Shown: one piece after another, positions 8,406 to 16,565 of the stretch | Numbering within the stretch: position 1 is the first letter of the stretch | Layout: every line of letters starts with the position of its first letter | From: Elusimicrobia bacterium GWA2_62_23 | Lineage (GTDB): Bacteria > Elusimicrobiota > Elusimicrobia > Elusimicrobiales > UBA9959 | Assembly: GCA_001799635.1 (NCBI GenBank) | Contig: MGTV01000013.1 | Coordinates: 21,467-85,466 of the forward strand | Direction: 5' to 3' | Length of the DNA: 64,000 nucleotides | Program-made: the position numbers and the translations under genes | Notes under the pieces: generated by a model | Database searches by the model: none | What the model was told of the DNA's origin: nothing | What the model saw: the letters and a program-made list of their open reading frames with translations, nothing else

Positions 8406-10702
8406 TCCGCCGCCTGGACCTGCCCGACTTCGGCAAATTCCGCAAGGCCCGCCTGGACCTGGGGCCCTTCACCGTTATCTCCGGCCCCAACGAGGCCGGC
8501 AAGACCACCGTTTTCGACGCGCTGTTCGACACGCTCTGCGCGGAGTCCCGCCACGAGAGCCTGCCGCTGTGGAAGAACCTGGCCGGCCGCTACGGCGCCC
8601 TGCGCAAGGCCGAACTGGTGTGGGAAGAAGGCCTCACCCCCCTCTCCTTCGGCGACAATGAGTTCATGGAGATCTTCGCCATCCGCGGCGGGCAGCTGGG
8701 CGTGCACCACCCCGACAACAGAAAGGCCTCCTCGTGGGCGCAGGCCGCCGAGAACGCCCTGCTGAACTCCGGGCTGAACCCGGCCCACCTGGCCAAGGAA
8801 CTCACCAAGAAGGCCGAAACCGCCGGCAAGGACTCGGTGCAGGCCAATATCCGGCGCCTGCACGAGGCCATAAAGGACCGCGAGCAGGCCGCGGCCGCCC
8901 TCAAGGCCGAACGCGACGCCATTTTAGCCGGCGCCGAACAGGCTGTGCGCCTGGAAGAAGAGCGCGTGCGCCTGGCCGCCGAGGCCGAAACCTCCGCCGC
9001 CGCCGTAAAGGCCAAGACCGAAGAGGTGGAAAAACTTTTCGCCGCCGGGCGGCGCGCGGCCGTGCTGGCCGGGCTGAAGGCCCTGCGCGAGCTTAAAGAA
9101 GCGCGCGACGCGGCCGCCGACCTGAAAGCTTTCGCCAATAACGAAATAGCCGCCTACCGCGCGCTGAAAGAGACCCAGCTGGACGCCGAGAAAACGGCCG
9201 CCGCCGGCGAGGCCGCCCTGGCGGCCGCGCAAGCAGCGGTGACGGCGGCCAACGCGGCCATAGAACAGCTCGCCGCGCGCGAGACCCAGCTCAGGAGCGA
9301 GAGCTCCTACGCGGCCGGCCTCGCCTCCCGGGTGGCGGAGTTCGCCTCCGAACCGGAACGCCTGGTTACCGGCGTGGACAAGAAGCTGCGCTTCAGTATC
9401 TGGGGCGGCGGCGCGGTACTGGCCGTGCTTGTGGCTTTCTCGGGGAGCATAATGGGTTACCTGGCGGCCCTGGCCATAGCTGGCGCCGCAGGCTGGGCCG
9501 GTTTCAGGTTCTCCATAACCGAGCGGCTCTCCGGCCACACGCCCGAAGACGTTACCGCCTTCCTGGGCGGCCTGGCCACGGAGTGGGCTTCGGTTTCCAC
9601 TGAAATTTTCCCGGTTGCCGACCTGGAGAGCGCGCGGGCCTTCCTGGCCAAAACGCAGGCGGACTACGCGGCCGTCTCCGCCTCCTACGAGGAGAAACTG
9701 GCCGGCCTGAGCGAATTGGACGCTAACGTAACGGCGGCCGCCAGGACAGCCGAAGAGCGCCGCAAGGCCGCCGAACAGGCCGCGCGCGAGGCCAACAGCT
9801 GGTTCAAGGGGCGCGGCTGCGCCACCGAGGACGACTACCAGGCCAAGGTGGCCGACTATAAGCGCCTGGCCGCCCGCGCCGGCGACATGGAGCAGCGCGT
9901 GCTGGCCCTGGCCGACGGCAGCGGCTGCAAGGACGAAGAAACTTTCAAGGACAAGCTGTTCGCCGAGAACGGCGAGCTGGAACGGCGCGGCGTGGAGCCC
10001 GCCCAGGGGGCGGAAGTAGAACTCCCCCGCCTGCGCCGCGAGTTGGCGGCCCTCGCGGAGAAAGCCCACGAGACGGAAAAAGACCTGAACCGCCTCACCG
10101 CCGAAATCGAGCGCTCCCGCGCCGTGTCGGGCGCCCGCCTGGGCGGCCTGCCCGAGCGCATAAACCTGCTGGAGACCGAGCTGGCGGCCGACAAGGCTGA
10201 ACTGGCCGAGCTGCAGCTGCAGGCCGAGGCCTACACCATGGCGGCCGCCGCCTTTACCGCGCTGGCGGAAAGTTCGGCCGTAGCTTTTGAGACGCTGGGG
10301 AAGGAAGTTACCGGCACCCTGCGCGCCATGCTGCCAGAGGCCTACGCCGAATTCAAGGTGTTCGAAGCCGACGGCGCGGCCGTGACCGACGCCGGCGGCG
10401 TGAAGCGCCAGGTCAGGAACCTTTCAGCCGGCATGCGCGACCTGTTCATGCTGGCGGCGCGGCTGGCCATAGCGCACCGCTCGCGCCTCACGCCCGAGGG
10501 CCTGGCCCCGGCGCTGCTGGTGTTCGACGAGCCTTTCTTCACGCTGGACGCCGCGCGCCAGTCCCTGGCGCTTAAACTCCTGGCGGCCTTCCACCGCAAC
10601 ACCGGCTGGCAGTTCATCATCCTAACCAAAGAACCCGGCCTGGCCGCCGCGGCTGAAGCCGAAGGCGTAACAGTCACCAAAGTAGACCTCCCCGCCGCCT
10701 GA
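8402..10702 (+). CDS. SbcC/YhaN-like AAA ATPase with a long coiled coil and an internal TM hairpin
   Basis: Walker A GPNEAGKTTVFDA at the N-terminus. LSAGMRD signature-like motif and Walker B LLVFDEPFFTLD at the C-terminus. Ala/Glu-rich coiled coil in between, interrupted by FSIWGGGAVLAVLVAFSGSIMGYLAALAIAGAAGWAGFRF. Confidence 0.8.
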   Translation: MIRRLDLPDFGKFRKARLDLGPFTVISGPNEAGKTTVFDALFDTLCAESRHESLPLWKNLAGRYGALRKAELVWEEGLTPLSFGDNEFMEIFAIRGGQLGVHHPDNRKASSWAQAAENALLNSGLNPAHLAKELTKKAETAGKDSVQANIRRLHEAIKDREQAAAALKAERDAILAGAEQAVRLEEERVRLAAEAETSAAAVKAKTEEVEKLFAAGRRAAVLAGLKALRELKEARDAAADLKAFANNEIAAYRALKETQLDAEKTAAAGEAALAAAQAAVTAANAAIEQLAARETQLRSESSYAAGLASRVAEFASEPERLVTGVDKKLRFSIWGGGAVLAVLVAFSGSIMGYLAALAIAGAAGWAGFRFSITERLSGHTPEDVTAFLGGLATEWASVSTEIFPVADLESARAFLAKTQADYAAVSASYEEKLAGLSELDANVTAAARTAEERRKAAEQAAREANSWFKGRGCATEDDYQAKVADYKRLAARAGDMEQRVLALADGSGCKDEETFKDKLFAENGELERRGVEPAQGAEVELPRLRRELAALAEKAHETEKDLNRLTAEIERSRAVSGARLGGLPERINLLETELAADKAELAELQLQAEAYTMAAAAFTALAESSAVAFETLGKEVTGTLRAMLPEAYAEFKVFEADGAAVTDAGGVKRQVRNLSAGMRDLFMLAARLAIAHRSRLTPEGLAPALLVFDEPFFTLDAARQSLALKLLAAFHRNTGWQFIILTKEPGLAAAAEAEGVTVTKVDLPAA

Positions 10703-11513
10703 CGGGGCGCCGCAGGCGGGAGACGGCGAACGACCCCAGCGCCAGCAGGCCGAAGGCGCAGACTATGGCAGGGCCCGTGGGCAGGTCGTACACGGCGCTG
10801 GCCGCTATGCCGGCCAGGCTGGTGATCACGCCCAGCGCCCAACCCAGCCAGATGCGTCCCTTAAGCGTGGTGGCGAAGTGCCCGGCGGACACCGCAGGTA
10901 TTATAAGGAAGGTGAACACCAGCAGCACGCCGGCCAGTTCCACGGAACTGGTGACCACAAAGCCGAACAGCGCGTAGAAAAAAAAATCCCACAGTTTCAC
11001 GTCCAGCCCGCCCGCCGCGGCCGAGGCGGGGCAGAAGGAGATGGCCGTGAACCGCGCGCGGAACAGGTAATGCGCCAGCCCCACCGCCGCGTATAACGCG
11101 GCGGTCTTGAGCACCTGCGGCCAGGTGACGAACAGGATATTGCCCACCAGCATGCCCTTGAGGTGTTCAGCCTCGCCGGGCAGGCGGTCCAACACCATCA
11201 CCGCCAGCGCCGCCGACACCACGTACACTATGCCTATGGCCGCCTCCTGCATGGCGCCGGTGGTTTTTTTGCCGCGCGTCAGGGCGAACACGCCGGCGCC
11301 CAAAAAAGTGGCGGCCAGCGAAGCCAGGTACGACCCGGTGGTGTGCAGCTGCAGGCCGAACAGCACCCCGGTTATGGCGCCGAGTGCCGCTATCTGCGCC
11401 AGGGCCAGGTCCACGAAGATGACGCCGCGGGCGAGTATATGTATGCCCAGGTAGGCGTGTATGCCCACCAGTATTACTGCGGCCGCCACGGCCGGCAGCA
11501 TTATTTCGAACAT
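10674..11513 (-). CDS. Metal ABC transporter permease (ABC-3 family, ZnuB/MntB-like)
   Basis: 279 aa and polytopic, with typical ABC-3 composition. Overlaps the upstream binding-protein gene by 13 nt. Confidence 0.8.
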   Translation of the reverse strand: MFEIMLPAVAAAVILVGIHAYLGIHILARGVIFVDLALAQIAALGAITGVLFGLQLHTTGSYLASLAATFLGAGVFALTRGKKTTGAMQEAAIGIVYVVSAALAVMVLDRLPGEAEHLKGMLVGNILFVTWPQVLKTAALYAAVGLAHYLFRARFTAISFCPASAAAGGLDVKLWDFFFYALFGFVVTSSVELAGVLLVFTFLIIPAVSAGHFATTLKGRIWLGWALGVITSLAGIAASAVYDLPTGPAIVCAFGLLALGSFAVSRLRRPVRRRGGLLW

Positions 11514-12394
11514 AATTCCTCCAGGACACGTTCGAACACGTCTAAGTATGTTTCCACGTTCTTGCCCCCGCCGGTGCTTACGGCGGCGGTAACGATCTTC
11601 GCGCCGGTGCGTTCAGAGAGGAACTCCGGGCCCTTGCGCGGATAATAACTTTCGGTCAGTATCACCCGCACGTTCTCCGCTTTCATCTTCTTCACCAGGG
11701 CGTCCAGGTGGGCGGCCGAAGGCGGAATACCGGGCCTGGGTTCCACGTGGCCGGCCACGTCCAGGCCGAAGCGCCGGGCGAAGTAAGGCCAGGAGCCGTG
11801 ATAGGTCACCACCTTAAGTCCCGTGCATTTCGCCATGCGGGTCTGCCAACCTGCCAGTTTTTCGTCCAGCTCTTTCACGAACCCGGCGTAGTTGGCGTCG
11901 AACACCGCCGCCTTGTCGGGGGCCGCGCGCTTGAGGCCCGCCAGGATATTCCCCGCCATTATTTTGGAGTTCGCCGGGTCCAGCCAATAGTGTGGGTTGC
12001 CGTAGATATGGATGTCTCCCATGGAGGCGTCCACCTTGCCCTCCGGCTTCTCCAGCAGCGGCACGCCCGCGGAGGCGTCCACGTAGCCGGCCGCGCCGTA
12101 GAACAAGCGCGGGTTGCGCGCGGCGTTTATCAGGCTGTCCACCCACATGTCCAGGTCCAGCCCCACGCGCACTACCAAGTCCGCCTTCTTGAGCTTGAAT
12201 ACCATGCTGGGGCGCGGCTCTACCATGTGGAGGTCCTGGCCGCCCGAGGCCAGGCTCTCCGCTTTTACCTCCGCGCCGCCCACTCGTTCGCAGAGGTATT
12301 TCAGGTCGGAGGACGCGGTCACCACTTTTATCTCCGCGTTGGCGGCGCCGGCCCAGCAGGCCAGCGCGGCCAGGCTTAAGAATAGTTTTTTCAT
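11501..12394 (-). CDS. Metal ABC transporter substrate-binding protein (ZnuA/TroA-like)
   Basis: Signal peptide MKKLFLSLAALACWAGAANA. DLHMVEPRPS, GNPHYWLDP and VTYHGSWPYFARRFGL are cluster A-I SBP motifs. Confidence 0.85.
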   Translation of the reverse strand: MKKLFLSLAALACWAGAANAEIKVVTASSDLKYLCERVGGAEVKAESLASGGQDLHMVEPRPSMVFKLKKADLVVRVGLDLDMWVDSLINAARNPRLFYGAAGYVDASAGVPLLEKPEGKVDASMGDIHIYGNPHYWLDPANSKIMAGNILAGLKRAAPDKAAVFDANYAGFVKELDEKLAGWQTRMAKCTGLKVVTYHGSWPYFARRFGLDVAGHVEPRPGIPPSAAHLDALVKKMKAENVRVILTESYYPRKGPEFLSERTGAKIVTAAVSTGGGKNVETYLDVFERVLEELCSK

Positions 12395-12404
12395 GGTCCT
12401 GTCC

Positions 12405-13544
12405 TTATTCCATCTCGTGGCTGTGCGGGCCCAGGCCGAAGATCAGCTGGAGCCAGCCCTCGTCGGTCTTTTCGCCGGAGAGGTTTATATGTTTGTACTG
12501 CGCCCGGAGCGTGGTGGTCTCGGTAAGGCGGCGCGTGGCTATAAGGGAATAATCGCGCTCATAGGTTATGACCGGGAAGGCGTTCTCGGCGTAGTCGAAA
12601 CGCGCGCCCAGGTCCCAGTATTTGGAGAACCTGTAATTGCCGAACACGTACAGGCCGTCGCGCTTTAGCTTGCCCACCGGCACGTCGCGCGTGAGGCGCA
12701 GGTATTCGCCCTGCAGCGTAAAGCGGCGGTAAGCGGAGGGCCAGAACTTCAGCGTGAAGTCGGCCCCGGCCAGCTTGATGTTGTCCTGGTGATGCTCCCA
12801 ATGGCTGCCCTTGCCTTTCAGGCCGCTCACCCCCAGTTCCAGTTCGGCGCCGTCCGCCAGCGGAAAAGCGGCGTTGAGGCGGGCGGTATAGAGCTTGCCG
12901 GCCGGGGAAAAATCCTCGGTCTCCTCCGGGGCCAGCACCACCGTAACCGTGCTCTGGTCCACGTCCAGCACGTCGGCCGTATTGTCCCCCTCCACATGGT
13001 GTTCATGCGCGGCCGCTGTCCAGGCGCCTACCTGCGCCTGCGCATAGAACGGCAGCGGCAGCAGGTACTTAAGCGCGGCGCCCTGCGGGTTCAGGGCGTG
13101 CTCGCCCAGGAAGTTGGTGAGCGCCGCTGGCTGGTCGGCCATGGCGCGGGTGTGGCTGTGCGCCTTGTTCATCTTTCCGAACTCGGCGTTCACCTTACCC
13201 ACCTCGGCGGACAGGCCTTCGGCCAGGCTCAGGAAAGACACCTTGGCCTCGCAGATCTCGCTTTCATACTCGGTGCCGTGCTTGTGCAGGGCCAGGAACA
13301 CGTCGGCCTTCATTTCCGGGTAGATGTAGCCCTGGAAAGCCGTCTCCACTTCATTGAACTCCAGTTTGTCCCTGGTGTCATCCGCTTTGTTGGAACTGGT
13401 ATGCCCGTCTATAACGCCTACCAGGCTGATGTCCGGCAGGTTGGCCGGCGTGCCGCGCATGCCCTGCGGCGGCGTGCCGGCCTCCTGCGCGGCGGCCAGG
13501 CCGCAAACGCCCACAACTAAAGCTATAGCTATTATTTTCCTCAT
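12405..13544 (-). CDS. His-rich outer-membrane beta-barrel (putative metal-uptake porin)
   Basis: ATG at 13544 gives the signal peptide MRKIIAIALVVGVCGLAAAQ. Alternating beta-strand pattern, with His clusters AHSHTR, HEHHVEGD, HWEHHQD and a C-terminal GPHSHEME. Lies 10 nt upstream of the SBP gene. Confidence 0.6.
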   Translation of the reverse strand: MRKIIAIALVVGVCGLAAAQEAGTPPQGMRGTPANLPDISLVGVIDGHTSSNKADDTRDKLEFNEVETAFQGYIYPEMKADVFLALHKHGTEYESEICEAKVSFLSLAEGLSAEVGKVNAEFGKMNKAHSHTRAMADQPAALTNFLGEHALNPQGAALKYLLPLPFYAQAQVGAWTAAAHEHHVEGDNTADVLDVDQSTVTVVLAPEETEDFSPAGKLYTARLNAAFPLADGAELELGVSGLKGKGSHWEHHQDNIKLAGADFTLKFWPSAYRRFTLQGEYLRLTRDVPVGKLKRDGLYVFGNYRFSKYWDLGARFDYAENAFPVITYERDYSLIATRRLTETTTLRAQYKHINLSGEKTDEGWLQLIFGLGPHSHEME

Positions 13545-13634
13545 AGATCTCCCTCTTGATATGTCCGCACACCCCAAAAGGCGCCCGGCGCCTTTCGAGG
13601 GATCAGTTGTTGATAACAGGCAGCAGCTGCCTTT

Positions 13635-13907
13635 TTAGCGGGGAGGGGCGCGGCCGAGGAAGGCCGCTATGAACGGAGTCTCCGCCGGTCGCCCTGGGAG
13701 GGCGGCGGCGGTCATTACAAAATTGTCGGGGCGGAACAGCAGGGTGGTGCCGCAGTCGGCATTGAGTTCCGGCGCGGCGGCTACGGCGCAAACCTGGCAG
13801 CTCTCCCCCGCCTCGTGGGCGGAGCCGAGCATGTGCAAGTCCCAGGCCCCCGCGGCTACGGCCGCGAAGGCCAGGCACAGCGAGGCCCTGATCAACCGGA
13901 ACTTCAT
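13635..13907 (-). CDS. Small secreted hypothetical protein
   Basis: 90 aa with signal-like MKFRLIRASLCLAFAAVAAGA. Fits the 9-nt gap after the 4Fe-4S gene. No recognisable family. Confidence 0.4.
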   Translation of the reverse strand: MKFRLIRASLCLAFAAVAAGAWDLHMLGSAHEAGESCQVCAVAAAPELNADCGTTLLFRPDNFVMTAAALPGRPAETPFIAAFLGRAPPR

Positions 13908-13916
13908 AAGGATATT

Positions 13917-15056
13917 TTAACTTTTTTTAAATTTATCCGCGGGCGGCCTCTGGCGCCGGCCGGCGGAGAACGAGATTGCCCCCGAGGGGCAGGCGGCCAG
14001 GCAGTCGCCGCAGGAGAAGCAGTCGGGTATCACGCGGTCGCGCTTCAGGATGGCCCCCATTACCGTGGAGGGGCAGGCCTGCTCGCAGGCGCCGCAGGCC
14101 ACGCATTTGGCGTAGTCCACCTTTATCTTGTACACGCTGATCTTTTCGGCGAGCCAGCCTACCAGCCCGAAAGGGCAGAGCAGGTGGCACCAGGGCCGGT
14201 ACAGCAACAGGGACGCCGCGAGCAGCAGGGTCACGAACCCGGCGCCCCAAATGGTGAGCGCCAGCGGGCTGTAGATCTTGAACGGGTCCACCGGGGCTAT
14301 GATGTCGCTGCCCATCATGGCCGCGAGGATCAGCGCTATGAAGAAGAGCACGCGCACGGTATTGGTGAACACGAAAGGCAGCCGCCAGCGCTTCAGTCCG
14401 GCGCTGCGGCCCAGCCGGAAGTACAGGTCCTGCAGGACGCCGAGTTGGCAGCCCCAGGAGCAGATGAACTTGTTGGCCAGCACCACCAGCAGCAGGAAAA
14501 TGCCGAGGGCTTTCAGGCGGGGCAGGAATACCGCGCCGCTTTGCCCGTAGAGCACTATGGCGTCCTTTACGGTGCCCATGGGGCTGGGGTCGGCGCCCAG
14601 GGCCACGCCGAAGATGAGCACGCCGGCGAGGTAAAGCCAGTTGCGCAAGGCGCCTTTCACCAGGCCGCGGCGCAGCAGCGGGAACACCGTGAGCAGGAAG
14701 GCGGCCCACATGACGAATTTCAGGATTATCTTCAGCCAGTTCTTGGAGGCGCGCTCATTGTAAAGCGCCAGTTCGCGCTCCACCGAGGCCCGCAGCCCGT
14801 CGGACGGCAGGGCGTTCATGTCGTAATAGTGAAAACCGCCCTCACGGCTGCCGAAGGACGCGGCGGCCACTTCCGGCGGCAGGTTATTGGCCGCGGCGAA
14901 CTGGGCCGCGGTCATGCCCTGGGAATACACCAGCGGCCCGGCCAGCGCCGCCTTGCCCGCTTTCTCCCCCCACAGCCGGGAGGAGAACAGCGAGCCCGCT
15001 ATCACCACCGCCGCCAACGCGCCGGCGACCGTCAAAAATTTGAGTTTCTTGTTCAT
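13917..15056 (-). CDS. Polytopic 4Fe-4S binding membrane protein (NapH/MauN-like)
   Basis: CSWGCQLG and CPFGL membrane Cys motifs, followed by CVACGACEQACP and CFSCGDCLAACP ferredoxin motifs. Confidence 0.75.
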   Translation of the reverse strand: MNKKLKFLTVAGALAAVVIAGSLFSSRLWGEKAGKAALAGPLVYSQGMTAAQFAAANNLPPEVAAASFGSREGGFHYYDMNALPSDGLRASVERELALYNERASKNWLKIILKFVMWAAFLLTVFPLLRRGLVKGALRNWLYLAGVLIFGVALGADPSPMGTVKDAIVLYGQSGAVFLPRLKALGIFLLLVVLANKFICSWGCQLGVLQDLYFRLGRSAGLKRWRLPFVFTNTVRVLFFIALILAAMMGSDIIAPVDPFKIYSPLALTIWGAGFVTLLLAASLLLYRPWCHLLCPFGLVGWLAEKISVYKIKVDYAKCVACGACEQACPSTVMGAILKRDRVIPDCFSCGDCLAACPSGAISFSAGRRQRPPADKFKKS

Positions 15057-15066
15057 ATAGTGTGGA

Positions 15067-15429
15067 TCAATCTTTAAGCAGATGGTCGGCTATGGCCTTA
15101 TACAGCGTGGTGGCGGCCAGGATGGCGCAGTGGCGGTGGTCCTCAGGCACGTTCTTGAGCGTGCGCAGGATCAGGCCGGGCGAGACGAACATGGCTTCTT
15201 CCAGGGCGCGACCGTCGGCGTAAAAAGCGGCCACGGCCCCGCAGGCCCTGGTAAAGTCGCAGCCGTCTGCGTGAAAGCGCACTTCTCCGATCTTGTTGTC
15301 GGAGATATTCAGGTAGAATTCCATGGTGTCGCCGCACGCGCCGGTAACGGAAGCAGAAGCGTCCGGATCGTTGAGCCGGCCGGAATATTTCTTTACCGCT
15401 TCATCAACGGGCATCTGCTTATCTTCCAT
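15067..15429 (-). CDS. NifU/IscU-like Fe-S cluster scaffold domain protein
   Basis: GACGDTMEF, HADGCDFTRACG and HRHCAILA are the three scaffold Cys positions. Confidence 0.75.
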   Translation of the reverse strand: MEDKQMPVDEAVKKYSGRLNDPDASASVTGACGDTMEFYLNISDNKIGEVRFHADGCDFTRACGAVAAFYADGRALEEAMFVSPGLILRTLKNVPEDHRHCAILAATTLYKAIADHLLKD

Positions 15430-15833
15430 TAGCCTTCCCCCCTCATGAATTTAGCTTCGGCGGAAACCTTCACCTCGCCGTCCTGCCGCAGTTCGCCGCG
15501 GGTCAGGTAGAGCGGGCAATGGTCCTTCTCCAGCCAGGCCCGCAGTTCTGCCGCGCGGCCTATCTTCACTGGCGCTCTATATTTCAGTTTGAGTTCGGCG
15601 GTGTAAGCGGTAACTCCCGCGGCGAACAGGCAGTTCACCATGGCGCTGTCGAGCATCAGGGCGGCCACGCCGCCGTGCAGCAGGCCGTCGTAGCCGGTCA
15701 ACTCCTTGCGGCAAAAAACGGCGGCCGCCACCGAGCCGTCCGGTTGTTTTTTAAATTTGAGCCGCAGGCCGGCCGGATTGGCCGGCCCGCAGGCCACGCA
15801 GTTGCCGTGAAGCTTGTGGTTAATGGCAGCCAT
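15429..15833 (-). CDS. PaaI-family hotdog-fold thioesterase
   Basis: GLLHGGVAALMLDSAM core with an N-terminal CVACGP motif. 134 aa. Confidence 0.7.
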   Translation of the reverse strand: MAAINHKLHGNCVACGPANPAGLRLKFKKQPDGSVAAAVFCRKELTGYDGLLHGGVAALMLDSAMVNCLFAAGVTAYTAELKLKYRAPVKIGRAAELRAWLEKDHCPLYLTRGELRQDGEVKVSAEAKFMRGEG

Positions 15834-16185
15834 GCCCCTGGCAGCAGTCGGTGGGCAGTATTTCAGGCAGCTGCTGTTTCTTGAACATTTCCATGGCCTG
15901 GGACAGCGGGCCCTGGGGGGCGCGGTAGGCCTTGATGCCGCCGGCGTTGAGGTGCTGCAGGGCGCGGGCGCCTATGCCGCCCACTATGATGGCGGAAACG
16001 CTCTTGCCGGCTATGGCGCCGAGCGGGTTGCACTGGCCGTGCTCGTGGTGCTGGTTGCCGTTATCCAGGAATTCCACCTTGCCGCTTTCCACTTCGCAGA
16101 TGGCGAAGAAAGGGGCGCTGCCGAAATGGCCGTAAACCACGGACTTCAGACCATCGTTGTTCTCCACGGGGATGCAGATGTTCAT
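15820..16185 (-). CDS. NifB/NifX-like (dinitrogenase FeMo-cofactor binding domain) protein
   Basis: MNICIPVENNDGLKSVVYGHFGSAPFFAI and IIVGGIGARALQHLNAGGIKAY match the Nitro_FeMo-Co domain pattern. The C-terminus is Cys/His-rich (CCQGHGCH). Confidence 0.75.
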   Translation of the reverse strand: MNICIPVENNDGLKSVVYGHFGSAPFFAICEVESGKVEFLDNGNQHHEHGQCNPLGAIAGKSVSAIIVGGIGARALQHLNAGGIKAYRAPQGPLSQAMEMFKKQQLPEILPTDCCQGHGCH

Positions 16186-16502
16186 TTATGTTCTCCTCCG
16201 CAATGGGGCCGGGCCAGTTCCTCGGGCCCGCCTTCTATCTTAAGGGCTTTGCCGTTCACCACGGCGTCGGCCAGCTTCCGCCGGGCGGAAGCGAGTATGT
16301 TGCCGAAGGTCTGCCGGGAGACCTTCATGGCGGCGGCGGCCGCCCGCTGGTCCTTGCGGGCCAGGTCGGCGTGCTCCAGCGCCTGCAGCTCGTCCAGCCG
16401 GAGCACAGTTTCCTCCAGCTGGCAGAGCGGCACCGCGCGCGGCTTAAAGTAATAAGCGCGCGGGCGGGCGGTGATCTTTCTTTTTTTGCAGGGCCTGGGC
16501 AT
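16182..16502 (-). CDS. DUF134 (UPF0251) putative DNA-binding protein
   Basis: MPRPCKKRKITARPRAYYFKPRAVP N-terminus plus an HTH-like MKVSRQTFGNILASARRKLADAV. Confidence 0.8.
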   Translation of the reverse strand: MPRPCKKRKITARPRAYYFKPRAVPLCQLEETVLRLDELQALEHADLARKDQRAAAAAMKVSRQTFGNILASARRKLADAVVNGKALKIEGGPEELARPHCGGEHK

Positions 16503-16507
16503 GGCTG

Positions 16508-16529
16508 GTTATTGGCATATGCCAATAAC
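16508..16529. promoter_or_regulatory. Perfect 22-bp palindrome GTTATTGGCATATGCCAATAAC, 5 nt upstream of the DUF134 start codon
   Basis: Verified base by base: gttattggcat is the reverse complement of atgccaataac. It is AT-rich in a GC-rich context. Confidence 0.5.
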
Positions 16530-16565
16530 TATATTCTAACAGCTTAAGCGGGCCCGGTCAACGGC

